64,000 nt of DNA, taken from Candidatus Latescibacterota bacterium (GTDB taxonomy: Bacteria; Latescibacterota; UBA2968; UBA8231). The DNA is taken from assembly GCA_965248265.1 (NCBI GenBank), contig CBDFJF010000002.1:1824001-1888000 (forward strand). The letters are read 5' to 3'. Positions 7,974 to 18,296 of this stretch are shown here, one piece after another. The notes beneath the pieces were generated by a model, which searched no databases, was not told the origin of the DNA, and worked only from the letters and a program-made list of their open reading frames with translations. Positions within the stretch are counted from its first letter, which is position 1. The number at the start of each line of letters is the position of its first letter. The translations under genes and the position numbers were made by a program.

Positions 7974-10900
7974 CTATTTCAGCAACAAAAACCTGCGCGA
8001 AGCTACTCGCTCCCCTGCTTGCAGCCTGTACATGTACACGCCACTGGCGAGCTCACGGCCATGATCGCCCCGGCCGTCCCACGTAACCGAGTGATTCCCC
8101 GCATCCACGACCGCGCTCACCAGCTTCCGGGTTTGCTGACCAGCCAGATTATAGATCGCGAGCTCGACATCACCCCGCGCCGGCACCGAAAACCTGATTG
8201 TGGTGGTTGGGTTAAATGGATTGGGAAAGCTCTGCTCCAGCCTGAACTCGTGGGGTACCGTGACTGGCTCCTCCATCACAGCGGTCATCGCCGCCAACGC
8301 CATCAACTCCGACAGCACTCTAATCCGGGCCTCGTCCGCCAGCGTGCGGTCCATTTCGCTCAGCCAGTTGGTCCCATGGCCCGCCGACTCCAAGACACTC
8401 GTCGGCAGGCTCTCCAGCAACCGACGCGCTTCCTCCACCCCAGGACCCGCCGCCCCCTGCGCAGACGCCTCCCGGATCGCCCGATCCAACATCACGAAGT
8501 ACTCGTAGTCCTGCACCCCTTCCCGCGCCGCCTCGAGATGTTTCCCGGCCGTCACCGAGACCTGGTCGATGAACATGGGGGAGTACCCATCCTTTAAAGT
8601 CAGATACTCGTTCCACGATGACGCGCCGCCCGTGTCCGTCAGCGACCACATGTAGAAGGCTGTCGCTCCGTAGCGCCAGCTCGTCCACGCCATGAGGCGG
8701 CCCGCGTACGGATCATAAACGCGACTCGTCCATGCCGTATAGAACTCCAAGCCGATCCCCTGCTCGCGTTTGTCCACGAAGTAGTCGCGATAGTCCTCGC
8801 CCCTGGTCAGGAAGGCCTGGTAGTTGGGGCTCAACACGTGGCACGCATCGATCATCTCCTGGTTCGCCTGGCTCATGTCCTCGTGGGTGACATCCTCCCA
8901 GACGCGGATCCCCGTGTTGGCTTCCCGGATGGCAATCGCCCAGGCCAGAATGCGCTCATCCATCCACGGCTCGTCTGGCTCATCCACCAGCAGCAGCGCC
9001 AGCTGTTCCGGCCTCACGCCCCTGGTCACCGCATGCTCCGCCCAGAACTGGACCCATGCCTTCACCGCCGTCGTGAATTCCGGCGTGCCCATGGGCCACG
9101 ACTCGAATTGATCGCCCACTTTCGCAAACACCATGTACTGGGCGGCATCCGGCCACAACTCGATCCAGGCATCGAAGTAGTCGGTGTCGGGTGGCGCCGT
9201 CATCGCTCCCGTCTCATCGTGCGTGCCCCGCGGCAGCGCCAGCTTGAGGGCCCATGGCGAGTCGACGCGGTGCTCGCGCAGGTGCTCGATGATCGCCGAC
9301 CGGTTCTGCTCTGTGATGAAGGGGAAATGACCGACCCGGTCCGTATAGTCCCATCCGCCAAAGTGAAGCGACTGCTTTTCCGGGAAGTCCAGGGGATACA
9401 AGTGCATGAACAATGGAAACCGCTTGCCTCCGGGCGTCGATGCTACGACGACCTCACCCTCGTAGGTACCGGGCTCCACGTCGACCGGATGGAAGGTCAG
9501 CCACACCTGGCGCGTCATGCCCGAGGGCACGCTCAGCGTGTACAGACCGCTCTCGGCAACAACCTCTGGCAGGGCTGCCGCCACCGCTACGCCAGATCGG
9601 GTATCCGTCCAGGCTACTTCGTGAACCGTTATATATTCCGGATTGTCGCCCCCGGGTAGGCCGCTCAAGCGGAACGTCGCCTGCATCGGCTCGTCACTGC
9701 TGTTGCTGACGTTGAACGCAGCCGCCCGGTGTTCCTTCCGCATCAGGTGCACCTCGACGGCCAGTTCTCCCGCCGTATCCGGCGTGCCGATAAGGGGAAG
9801 CGGATCCCACAGATTCGAGCGCCAGAACGTGAGCGGCTCCAAACCCCTGGCGCGCCAGAGCCACGCCTGCGTGCGCAATACCCGTTCGTGCTGCGAATTC
9901 AGCGGCAGAACCGCCCGGAAGCCGTCCTCGAACGCGGTGGCCAGCCCCAGATCCGCTTCTACGGCCGACAATTCGCCGAGCACGTCAGTTCGTATCTGAA
10001 CCGGGATACCCTCTTCTCCGGCCGTCTGCCGTAAGACCTCGATGTCTCGCATGAGGCGCGTCTGAATCCCGTTCTGGATGGCGATCCCACCCGCATACAC
10101 TCTCAGGTCTGCGATGGCTGGCCCGGGCAGCGGCTCATCCAACCACTCTGGCTCGCCCACGTAGACCTCGATTTCGTCCACGAACGTGAACGGCTCGTTC
10201 CACACCACCAGACCGACATAGCGGCCGTGCGTCCGCAACTGGTCCGTGACATATCGATGAACCCCATACCCCGTCGTCGGGGGTGTGCCGTGTTCGGCGC
10301 TCAATTCCACCAAATCCCCGAGCTCATGGAACTGCCCATCTTCACCCGCTATGAGGATCCGGATCTGCTGCGGCCAACTCACCCCTGCCCTGCCGGCCGC
10401 CGTATGGAACGAAACACCTCGTATCGGCTGCACCGCACCCAGGTCCAGCGTCACGATCACGGGACTCTTTTCCTGCCAGCCCACGGTCGACAGCTTTCCC
10501 CACAGACTCTCCTGCGTGTCGAGCTGTACCCCGTCGGTCAGTTGCTCGTAGTCAGCGGCGTCCGAGCTCAGCCCGTAATTCGGCCCCGGATCCAGTGTGT
10601 AGCTCGCCCCGAAAGCGATGTTCTCGCTCGGATCCTCGATGTCGATCCGGCTCACATATTCCCTCAGGTCCGCAAAGGCCGGCCCCGGCAGCGGCTCATC
10701 CAACCACTCTTCTCCCTCGCCCAAGTAGACCTCGATTTCGTCCACGAACGTGAAAGGCTCGTTCCACACCACCAGACCGACATAGCGGCCGTGCGTCCGC
10801 AGCTGGTCCGTGACAAATCGATGTACCCCATATTCCGTTGGTGAAGGGGTTGGGGAGCGTTCCTCGCTCAATTCCACCAAATCCCCGATCTCATGGAATT

Positions 10901-11267
10901 CTCGGTCTTCACCCGCCGTGAGGATCCGGATCGTCTGTGGCCACGTCACGCCCGCCCTACCGGCCGCCGTATGGAACGAAACACCTCGTATCGGCTGCAC
11001 CGTACCCAGGTCCAGCGTCACGATCACGGGACTCTTGTCCTGCCAGCCGACGGTCGACAGCTTTCCCCAGAGACTCTCCTGCGTGTCGAGCTGTACCCCG
11101 TCCGTCAGTTGCTCGTAATCAGCGGCGTCCGTGCTCGACCCGTAATTCGGCGCCGGCTCCAGCGTGTAGCTCGCCCCGAGGGCGATGTTGGCGCCACGGT
11201 CCGCGGTGTCCTGCGACCACGCCACTGCGACCATCAGCCCTACTACCGCTGCCGATGTCTGTCTCAT
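7974..11267 (-). CDS. Secreted multidomain protein: 2x discoidin/CBM-like, GH123/DUF4091-like core, FlgD/T9SS-like CTD
   Basis: Start moved to MRQTSAAVVGLMVAVAWSQ (signal peptide). Contains KHLEAAREGVQDYEYF (DUF4091-like) and ends LEQSFPNPFNPTTTIRF...ASGVYMYRL...FLLLK. Confidence 0.85.
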   Translation of the reverse strand: MRQTSAAVVGLMVAVAWSQDTADRGANIALGASYTLEPAPNYGSSTDAADYEQLTDGVQLDTQESLWGKLSTVGWQDKSPVIVTLDLGTVQPIRGVSFHTAAGRAGVTWPQTIRILTAGEDREFHEIGDLVELSEERSPTPSPTEYGVHRFVTDQLRTHGRYVGLVVWNEPFTFVDEIEVYLGEGEEWLDEPLPGPAFADLREYVSRIDIEDPSENIAFGASYTLDPGPNYGLSSDAADYEQLTDGVQLDTQESLWGKLSTVGWQEKSPVIVTLDLGAVQPIRGVSFHTAAGRAGVSWPQQIRILIAGEDGQFHELGDLVELSAEHGTPPTTGYGVHRYVTDQLRTHGRYVGLVVWNEPFTFVDEIEVYVGEPEWLDEPLPGPAIADLRVYAGGIAIQNGIQTRLMRDIEVLRQTAGEEGIPVQIRTDVLGELSAVEADLGLATAFEDGFRAVLPLNSQHERVLRTQAWLWRARGLEPLTFWRSNLWDPLPLIGTPDTAGELAVEVHLMRKEHRAAAFNVSNSSDEPMQATFRLSGLPGGDNPEYITVHEVAWTDTRSGVAVAAALPEVVAESGLYTLSVPSGMTRQVWLTFHPVDVEPGTYEGEVVVASTPGGKRFPLFMHLYPLDFPEKQSLHFGGWDYTDRVGHFPFITEQNRSAIIEHLREHRVDSPWALKLALPRGTHDETGAMTAPPDTDYFDAWIELWPDAAQYMVFAKVGDQFESWPMGTPEFTTAVKAWVQFWAEHAVTRGVRPEQLALLLVDEPDEPWMDERILAWAIAIREANTGIRVWEDVTHEDMSQANQEMIDACHVLSPNYQAFLTRGEDYRDYFVDKREQGIGLEFYTAWTSRVYDPYAGRLMAWTSWRYGATAFYMWSLTDTGGASSWNEYLTLKDGYSPMFIDQVSVTAGKHLEAAREGVQDYEYFVMLDRAIREASAQGAAGPGVEEARRLLESLPTSVLESAGHGTNWLSEMDRTLADEARIRVLSELMALAAMTAVMEEPVTVPHEFRLEQSFPNPFNPTTTIRFSVPARGDVELAIYNLAGQQTRKLVSAVVDAGNHSVTWDGRGDHGRELASGVYMYRLQAGERVASRRFLLLK
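10080..11189 (-). repeat. Intragenic tandem duplication with 567-bp (189-aa) period
   Basis: NIALGASYTL...DEPLPGPAFADL begins at 11189 and NIAFGASYTL...DEPLPGPAIADL begins at 10622. Confidence 0.92.
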
Positions 11268-11434
11268 CGCTTGGCTCTCGCTGTCGAATGAGTGCTTGTG
11301 TTCAATCGTCGGTAAGTCCTTCTTTGATCGCCAAATGAATATGAATTGCGGCTTCAGGGAGTGCCACCGGGACTGTTGCGCCAAGCGGTTGGGAGGTGTG
11401 CGGTAGCTGGGAGCACGATCTCGAAAGGGAAGTC

Positions 11435-12718
11435 ATGACGGCGAAACGGTATGTGTTGGTGGGTACGGGTGCGCGCGGACTAGCGATGTATGCAAGGCCG
11501 CTGATGGCGGATTTTCCGGATACGGCCGCCTTGGTTGGACTCTGCGACCACAATGGACTGCGGCTCGAGGCGGCCAACCAGATGCTGGGAACTGACCTGC
11601 CGCAATTCACCGATGTTCAGGAGGCGCTCGCCGCGCTCGATCCGGACGGGGTCATCGTCTGCACCCAGGACCACACCCACGCCGAGTTCATCGTCCAGGC
11701 GCTGGAGGCGGGCAAGCGCGTCTACTGCGAGAAGCCGCTGTGTACGACGGCCGAGCAGTGCCGGCGGATCGTGGACGCTGCCGCTCGGTCTCCCGGCGAG
11801 GTCTTCGTCACCCACAACCTGCGCTACGGTCCGGTCGCGCAGAAGCTCAAGGAGCTGGTGGATGGCGGCAGGATCGGCCGCCCGCTCTCATTGGAGTTCA
11901 ACGAATTTCTCGACCGCAATCACGGGGCGGACTACTTCCGCCGTTGGCACCGGAGAAAGGAAAGCAGTGGCGGTCTGCTGATCCACAAGGCCAGTCACCA
12001 CTTCGACGCGATGAACTGGCTGGTGGAAAGCCGGCCCGAGGTGTTGACGGCAATGGGCAGCCTTTTGTTCTACGGCCGCAACGGAGACATGCGTGGTGAT
12101 CGCTGCTTGGATTGTACCCACGCGTCCGAGTGCGACTTCCACATCGATCTCGGCGCCGACGAGCGCGCCCGCGCCCTATATCTGGAGACTGAAGCGGACG
12201 ATGGCTACCATCGCGACGGATGTGTTTTCGATCAACACATCGACATCGAGGATACCGCATCGGTGTCGTACTCGTATGAGAACGGCGTGCGGGTCAATTA
12301 TTCGCTGTTGGCCTACGCTTCCTATCAGAGTATGGCGCTGGTGCTGGAAGGAACCGAGGGGCGGCTGGAGTACCGGGCTGTGGTGAATACGAGCTTTGTA
12401 ATAGGCCATCGCCCGGTGGCGGGCATGGAGGCATTGGAGGGCGAAACCCTCTGCTACTACCATCCGCGCAAGGGGCATGAAGTATTGGAGGTCCCCCGCC
12501 AGGAAGGCAGCCACGGCGGCGCCGACCCGGCGCTCAGGGCTGATTTATTCGCCCAACCCTGGGACGCGGGAGGCAACGACCGAATGGCCACGCTGGACGA
12601 AGCCGTTCAGGCCGTCCTCGTCGGGGCGGCAGCCAACACCAGTATCGCCAGGGGCGGCTCACCGGTGCGCGTGCAGGAGCTGCTCACCGGAGGCGAGGAC
12701 GCGGAACAGGTGCGGTAG
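11435..12718 (+). CDS. Gfo/Idh/MocA family oxidoreductase
   Basis: LVGTGARG Rossmann motif, CEKP, YFRRWHR, GLLIHKASHHFD and HGGAD. Confidence 0.92.
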   Translation: MTAKRYVLVGTGARGLAMYARPLMADFPDTAALVGLCDHNGLRLEAANQMLGTDLPQFTDVQEALAALDPDGVIVCTQDHTHAEFIVQALEAGKRVYCEKPLCTTAEQCRRIVDAAARSPGEVFVTHNLRYGPVAQKLKELVDGGRIGRPLSLEFNEFLDRNHGADYFRRWHRRKESSGGLLIHKASHHFDAMNWLVESRPEVLTAMGSLLFYGRNGDMRGDRCLDCTHASECDFHIDLGADERARALYLETEADDGYHRDGCVFDQHIDIEDTASVSYSYENGVRVNYSLLAYASYQSMALVLEGTEGRLEYRAVVNTSFVIGHRPVAGMEALEGETLCYYHPRKGHEVLEVPRQEGSHGGADPALRADLFAQPWDAGGNDRMATLDEAVQAVLVGAAANTSIARGGSPVRVQELLTGGEDAEQVR

Positions 12719-12986
12719 CCTGGCGTCAGCTGACGACCGCAATGCCCCTGGTCCACGGGCGGTAGACGATCACCGCCCAGGTTCTCACTCTACGGCCAGT
12801 CATTCGACTCAAATAGCGTCTCAGTTGACGGGCGGCAAACTGAACCGGCCTGTCCTTGCCCAGGCGGTAGACGGTCAGCGCGCTCACTTGAGGTATACCA
12901 GCAGTATCACATGATCCATATCGGCAGGATATACGGTTTGTCGTGCCAGATCGTGTGTCCTATTCGATACACGCCCGGCTGCTCCA

Positions 12987-13706
12987 GCACACAACCTGCA
13001 AACAGGAAAGGGGAGTGCGACAGAGACAGGCGCAAGTGGATCGCGAGTTGCTCATGAGCCGGCACTATGCTGGCCGCCGCCATCCGCACACCCGCCTATC
13101 GCCGCCGCCAACCGGTCGGATCCTTGTTCTTGTGCATGAAGCGGACCAGGAGGGATGGTAACATCGGTATTTTGACGGCACCAACCCCGTTCAAGCGCTA
13201 TTCGACCGACGGGCCTCCTCCGGGATAGTCCACGGACGACCTGCGGAGGGCGCAGAGCATGGATTATCTGGCTCCGGCTGAAACCATGCCAGTTGCTGGC
13301 GCGCGTGTTTTCGATTGACGTTTCAGAATGCCCCGACTGCGGGGGGCAGATGAAAATAGTTGCTGCCCTGACGGACCCTTCCTCGATTCGGTCTTACCTC
13401 GAGGGCGTCGGCCTGCCGGCGCGACCGCCACCTATCGCACCGGCACGACCTTCGCCCCAGCACGAGCTCGAATTCGCGGCCTGACAGACGCATCAGACGG
13501 TTCGGTATATCTGAATCGCGCTCAGTATCTAAAATTCGCAGCAAACAGATCGATCGACAGCCGCCACTACTCCACCTGCCCGAGCTCAGCAACCGTTCTT
13601 AGCGCCATACCCCCACGACACACCACGAAAACGCGGTTCTTGACTGATTGACGGCGATCGACCACGACGACTTGACCATCGATAACGCTACTTATTTATC
13701 CTATAC
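12987..13706 (+). mobile_element. Non-autonomous IS91/ISCR derivative (5' end, foreign filler, transposase 3' end, oriIS B)
   Basis: 12987..13115 is near-identical to ~18306..18432. 13288..13484 encodes LLARVFSIDVSECPDCGG...ELEFAA*. It ends in ATAACGCTACTTATTTATCCTATAC. Confidence 0.82.
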
Positions 13707-13816
13707 TCCGTGCCATGATCCAGGCCGTCTATGGCGCGCAAAACGGGTGATCCAGGTTGGCCGCATATCAAGCGACCCATTTCCAGACCTCACGAAAAAT
13801 TTCGCGTGCAATGGTA

Positions 13817-14992
13817 TCACGAAGCAGAGGCGCATGGAGCAACCTGATCGTCCCCGTAGAACCAATCCACGGGTGAAACCCGGAGCCTCATTACATCGTG
13901 CACCTTCTCTCTAACTCCATCGATGATCTTGTACACTCGATGAACATAGACAAGGTAGGCGTTGTTTTGGATAAACTGGACGCGTGGCGCCCTGTTCATG
14001 TGAAATTCATCGGCACGCATCGTATCCACGTCCGCGGGACCTGGCGAGCCGATATGGCCGGGTGGGTCCAGGTTGACAATGCGCGAGATTCGCTCCTGTC
14101 CTGGCGACATCACGACGGTGCGGAACCGCTCCCACGTCTCGCCGCTATCTCTCGAAATAGCCGACGTAATGCGAGACCGATAGTAGCCTCCCTTGATCTC
14201 ATCAGGAGTCGCCTGATTCCATAGACACAACAGATCGCCCGTCGACGGCACGCGCGCCAGGTATATTTCTGAGTTGCTGTTCACTAAATCGTTCAGATGT
14301 ACGTGGCTCCAGGTGCGCCCGTCATCCGTGCTGTAGCTTTGGGCGATGCGTTGGTAATGAGTGCGCATGAACATGAGCAGCCGACCGTCTGTCGTCTCGG
14401 CCACGACAGGGACTTCGCAGTTACCCTGCCGCGCTCCGCCCTCGTCCCACACCCACAGGCTGTCGCGGGACTCGCTCCAGGAATCGCCCTCATCGTCCGA
14501 GTAAAAAGCGCTGCAGATGCCTATACCTACGTGCTGGCCGTTACCCGGCTGGGCGAACCAGTACTCGTTCGGCAGCACGAGTGTCCCGTCGCTGGTCTGT
14601 GCGAGCCAGGTGGCGTTGGTAGGCACATCGGACGGAGTAATGGGAACGGGTTCGGACCAAGTCTCGCCCTCGTTGAGAGATTTGCTGAAGAAGGCGTCGA
14701 GCCGCGTAAGAATACCGGTCGACCCTGGCTGCTGGACCTCGAACTTCAGGCCAATCGCTCCTGAATTCAGACGAACGAGATTCATGATGTACGCCCGCCT
14801 GGGCTCATCGCCCGCGATCGGCCTGCCCCCATGACCGACAAGCCTACCCGCGTCCTGCCACGTCCGTCCGCCATCGGACGACTCCATCTTTGTGATAGAC
14901 CGCCGGTCCAGGCCAAGGAGTCGCCCGTCGCTCAGCCCGATGGGCTCAACAAAGCTCGAAGCCAGGTCAACTTCGAACATCGATTCGGACAT
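13817..14992 (-). CDS. Sialidase-family (Asp-box/BNR) protein
   Basis: Start moved to MSESMFE, with GGAGG RBS. Asp-boxes SSDGGRTW, SLNEGETW, SDDEGDSW, STDDGRTW and SRDSGETW. Confidence 0.85.
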   Translation of the reverse strand: MSESMFEVDLASSFVEPIGLSDGRLLGLDRRSITKMESSDGGRTWQDAGRLVGHGGRPIAGDEPRRAYIMNLVRLNSGAIGLKFEVQQPGSTGILTRLDAFFSKSLNEGETWSEPVPITPSDVPTNATWLAQTSDGTLVLPNEYWFAQPGNGQHVGIGICSAFYSDDEGDSWSESRDSLWVWDEGGARQGNCEVPVVAETTDGRLLMFMRTHYQRIAQSYSTDDGRTWSHVHLNDLVNSNSEIYLARVPSTGDLLCLWNQATPDEIKGGYYRSRITSAISRDSGETWERFRTVVMSPGQERISRIVNLDPPGHIGSPGPADVDTMRADEFHMNRAPRVQFIQNNAYLVYVHRVYKIIDGVREKVHDVMRLRVSPVDWFYGDDQVAPCASAS

Positions 14993-15006
14993 AGGATCCT
15001 CCAAGC

Positions 15007-15352
15007 GCTTAGTGAGGATAAGATAGGTTATCGTTACTAAGTCAGGCGGCGTTTTTTGCAATTTGCCGCATTTTGCCAGCATTGATGGCGGTTCTTTGTG
15101 GGGTGACGGTCGATCGACGAAAGCTGAGGCTTCGAACAGTGTCCTCGGAGCCGCTCTGAGCGAAACGGGCGTTTTCAGCGACAGATCAGGGCACAGCGGT
15201 GACGTTGCTGTGACCGCGAATCGATTTCAGGCGGCGAAATCCAGTTCAGGTTGGGGGTGGGGGCGTGCGGGTGCGATCGGCGGTGCCCGTGATGGCAGGC
15301 CGACGCCTTCCAGGTAGCGCGCAATGGAGCGGGGCTCGGTAAGGGCCGCAAC
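15007..15352 (-). mobile_element. IS91/ISCR-type remnant (transposase 3' end, tail, oriIS C)
   Basis: 15352..15227 encodes VAALTEPRSIARYLEGVGLPSRAPPIAPARPHPQPELDFAA*. It ends in ATAACCTATCTTATCCTCACTAAGC. Confidence 0.8.
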
Positions 15353-15402
15353 TCCCTGCTCACAGCTGTTCACCGCGCGGCACCATTCCCAGCCTCAAGG
15401 TT

Positions 15403-15610
15403 CATCATCATGATCCACTGTTTACCCAGGTCTATCAACGGCAGATCGATCGCGGTAAGCACCACCTCGTTGCGCTCACCCACGTCGCCAACAAGATGCT
15501 CCACGTCGTTTTCTCTGTGATGAAAAACAACCGACCTTACACACCTATCCTCAACTGACCGGAGACCCGATATTTGCCCACGATTGGTGTTGACATGTTA
15601 CCGCTTGTCT
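15403..15610 (+). mobile_element. IS110-family remnant (transposase C-terminus and probable right end)
   Basis: HDPLFTQVYQRQIDRGKHHLVALTHVANKMLHVVFSVMKNNRPY...* (stop 15558), followed by TTGACATGTTACCGCTTGTCT. Confidence 0.7.
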
Positions 15611-15638
15611 ATGCTCACCGCTTATTAAGGAATACCCC

Positions 15639-17230
15639 GTGACCCAGCTCAAAGACGTCAACACCACCGACATCCGCGACGCCATCCGTCTCGGCTGCCA
15701 GAACATGTGCAAATCGTTGAATGCGGACGACGGGGACATTCCCTACGGGAGCGCGAGAGTCCGGCCCGAGGCTGGCCTAGGTGGCAGCTCCGAGGCCCAC
15801 TCGCCTGGCCGCCACCTGAATGCCGTGCTGAACGCCGAGGACGCCGCCGGTATCGAGCTGGACGAGGACTGCATAGACAAACAGGCCAACGCAGCCTTCT
15901 TCTCCTACTCTCGGGCCGCGCTGCCCCTCACCGCGTTGGCGACCGGATCAACGGCGAGGGCACCCCGGTCGAGCTGCAAGACCACGACCTGCGTGAGGGG
16001 TTCCACGCCCTCTACTCGCTGACCAAGTATCGCGGCTCCGATCGGGCGCGGGAGCTGGCGGAAGCGAGCATACAGGTGATCTTCGACTACTGGGTCCCCA
16101 CCGAACAGTGGGAGATGGAGCGCATCGAAAGGGACCTGCCAGTCAAGATCATGCGTGAGGGGTACTGGACCTACATACAGCGTCTGGCGCGCTCTATAGG
16201 GCCTCTGGTCAAGTTCTACCGGACGACTGGCCATGGGCCGGCACTTCAGCTAGCCGAGGTCCTCAAGGAGAAGGCGATACGGGAGTTCTTCACGGAGGAC
16301 GGCGCCTTTTCTACCGAGCTGTTCGGTACCCACGCCCACTCGACGACATGCGTGATGTCCTCCCTGGCACAGCTCGCCGACCTCACCCAAGACGCCAGCC
16401 TGTTGGACCGGGTCAAGGTCTTTTACGACAACGGCCTCTGGGACATGCGCGACCAGATCGGCTGGTCCGTCGAGGGAACCTACCCTGTGGGGGAAAACTG
16501 TGGCCGCGGCGAGGCGAACAACACAGGTGACATCGTGGAGACCGCGCTCATTCTCGGCCGCTGGGGTTATACCGACTACTACGCGGACGCGGAGCGGATT
16601 CTCCGAAGCCACCTACTGCCGTCCCAGCTAAGGGACGTCTCGTTCATTGTCGAGCCCGACAACCCTGATGGCGTGGACGGCAAGAAGAATGTCGCTCATC
16701 GCCTGCAGGGTGCCTTTGGCTTTCCAGCCCAATACGGCCACGAGCCGGCGGGTATCTGGGAGTCTGACAAGCCGCGCATCGGCTTCAACCTCGACATCGT
16801 GGGCGGCTCGGTGGCCTCGCTGTGCGAGGCCTATCGCGAGGTCGTTCGGTTCGACGAGACGGGCCATTGGGTCAATATGCTATTCGACCACGAAACCCCG
16901 GACATCGTCGTCCAGTCGCCCTACACCCACGACCGGCTGGCGGTGAAGGTGAAGCGGCCAGGGCCGCTGCACGTGCGCATGCCGCCGTGGATCGAGCTGA
17001 AGCAGTTCAACATCGCGGGACCCGTCGGCATCCCCAGGTCCGCCAACGGCTACATGGTCTTCTCGGACCCCGGCGTGAACCGGTGGATCACCTTCGACTT
17101 CCAGCCGCCCGAATACGACCTGACGCTGACGTGGAGAGATACCGAGACTCGCGCCCGCCTCAAAGGTGACGAGGTCATCGCAATGGAGAACTTCGGTACC
17201 GACCTGACCTTCTTCGACCCGATCGACTAG
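15639..17230 (+). pseudogene. ~530-aa (alpha/alpha)6-barrel, GH127/146-like protein with one frameshift
   Basis: Two overlapping ORFs join as ...AALPL[N]RVGDRING if one A is restored at ~15930 (CTC-AC-CGC). This could be a sequencing indel. Confidence 0.7.
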
Positions 17231-17248
17231 GGTCAGGACAGCGACGCC

Positions 17249-17420
17249 CTAGCTCATCCCCTCGACCCAGTGACGGAAGAGGGGCTTGACGTCCTCTGGG
17301 AACGCGTTGAAGACGTCGCGGGGCACGGGCATCTGCATGTTACGTTCCTTCGTCCCGTCTTCAGCCGTCATGTACTCTCGCTCCGGCCGACCAGGCAGCT
17401 GGAGACCGTCAGTCGTCGGG
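17249..17420 (-). pseudogene. 3' fragment of an unidentified gene (possibly a PhyH-like C-terminus)
   Basis: Protein-like tail ...PVPRDVFNAFPEDVKPLFRHWVEGMS* with no credible start. Confidence 0.4.
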
Positions 17421-17454
17421 AATGCTGAAAATTGAGCGCTCAAATATGCGCGTC

Positions 17455-17490
17455 GCTGATTATTCAGCTGATTATTCAGCTGATTACTCA
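17455..17490. repeat. 12-bp tandem repeat x3
   Basis: GCTGATTATTCA GCTGATTATTCA GCTGATTACTCA. Confidence 0.95.
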
Positions 17491-17508
17491 TCTGGGAAAT
17501 ATCTCGTC

Positions 17509-18237
17509 ATGGACGCAGAAAGCGATGTTTTCGACCTTCTGACCATGCACACCAGCAAAATCCTCGAGGCAGATCATTTCCAATACCACTGTCTGGACCC
17601 GGATGGTGGACGGACTTCAGCAGTCAGCTTCCAGACCGTGTGCCCGGATTACCACATCCTGGACCGGCTCGGCATCGTGTCCGTCCCGTTCGAAACCGGA
17701 TTGCGCTGCACCGGTCTGGCTGTGCTGGCCTGGACTACCGCCTACTACGATGCGATGCGCGCGTCCTACCCGGACGGTTTCTTCAACTACCCGCAGCACT
17801 ATCTCTTCTACACTGAATCGGAAACGCTCACCGACAAGGCCCTGGGAAGCTGGGGGCATCTGGACGTCTGGCCGGACTGCAAGCGAGTCGCTTCTCCGGA
17901 CTCGGTGAGCGGTATCGTTGAGAGGTTGTTCAACTACGAAATCAACCGCTTGCTGTGGCCCCACTCTCTTTGTGCGGTAGGGGGTCAGGCCTCACTGCCA
18001 AACCATGTGAAGCGCATGCTGAGTACCCGGTTGAAGGCCGTCTACCTCTACGACAGCGACTCACCCACATTCGAGATCCACGGTGCCGAACCGGCGATAC
18101 GATTGACGCGGGAAACGTTCGAGCAGGCCGGTCTGGACGGTAGCGACTCGTCAGAGCTGTCCGTCGAGGCCTACCAGCAGATCGACGTCGACCGCTTTCT
18201 CGAGACCTTCCTCGGTTCCGTCTTCGACCGATCCTGA
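17509..18237 (+). CDS. Conserved hypothetical protein
   Basis: Coding-like ORF with DRLGIV, TTAYYD and FFNYPQHY. Start uncertain (17509 or 17545). Confidence 0.7.
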   Translation: MDAESDVFDLLTMHTSKILEADHFQYHCLDPDGGRTSAVSFQTVCPDYHILDRLGIVSVPFETGLRCTGLAVLAWTTAYYDAMRASYPDGFFNYPQHYLFYTESETLTDKALGSWGHLDVWPDCKRVASPDSVSGIVERLFNYEINRLLWPHSLCAVGGQASLPNHVKRMLSTRLKAVYLYDSDSPTFEIHGAEPAIRLTRETFEQAGLDGSDSSELSVEAYQQIDVDRFLETFLGSVFDRS

Positions 18238-18296
18238 CATCAGCACATCAGCATGTTCGCACGGCTGCAACAGTTCGGACGCTCCATCTTCGTCAA

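Noticed and set aside
12884-12986. Possible gene tail left of the mini-element
   Set aside because: No frame gave a recognisable family.
17455-17490. Possible CRISPR array
   Set aside because: The 12-bp units have no spacers, and no cas genes are in the window.
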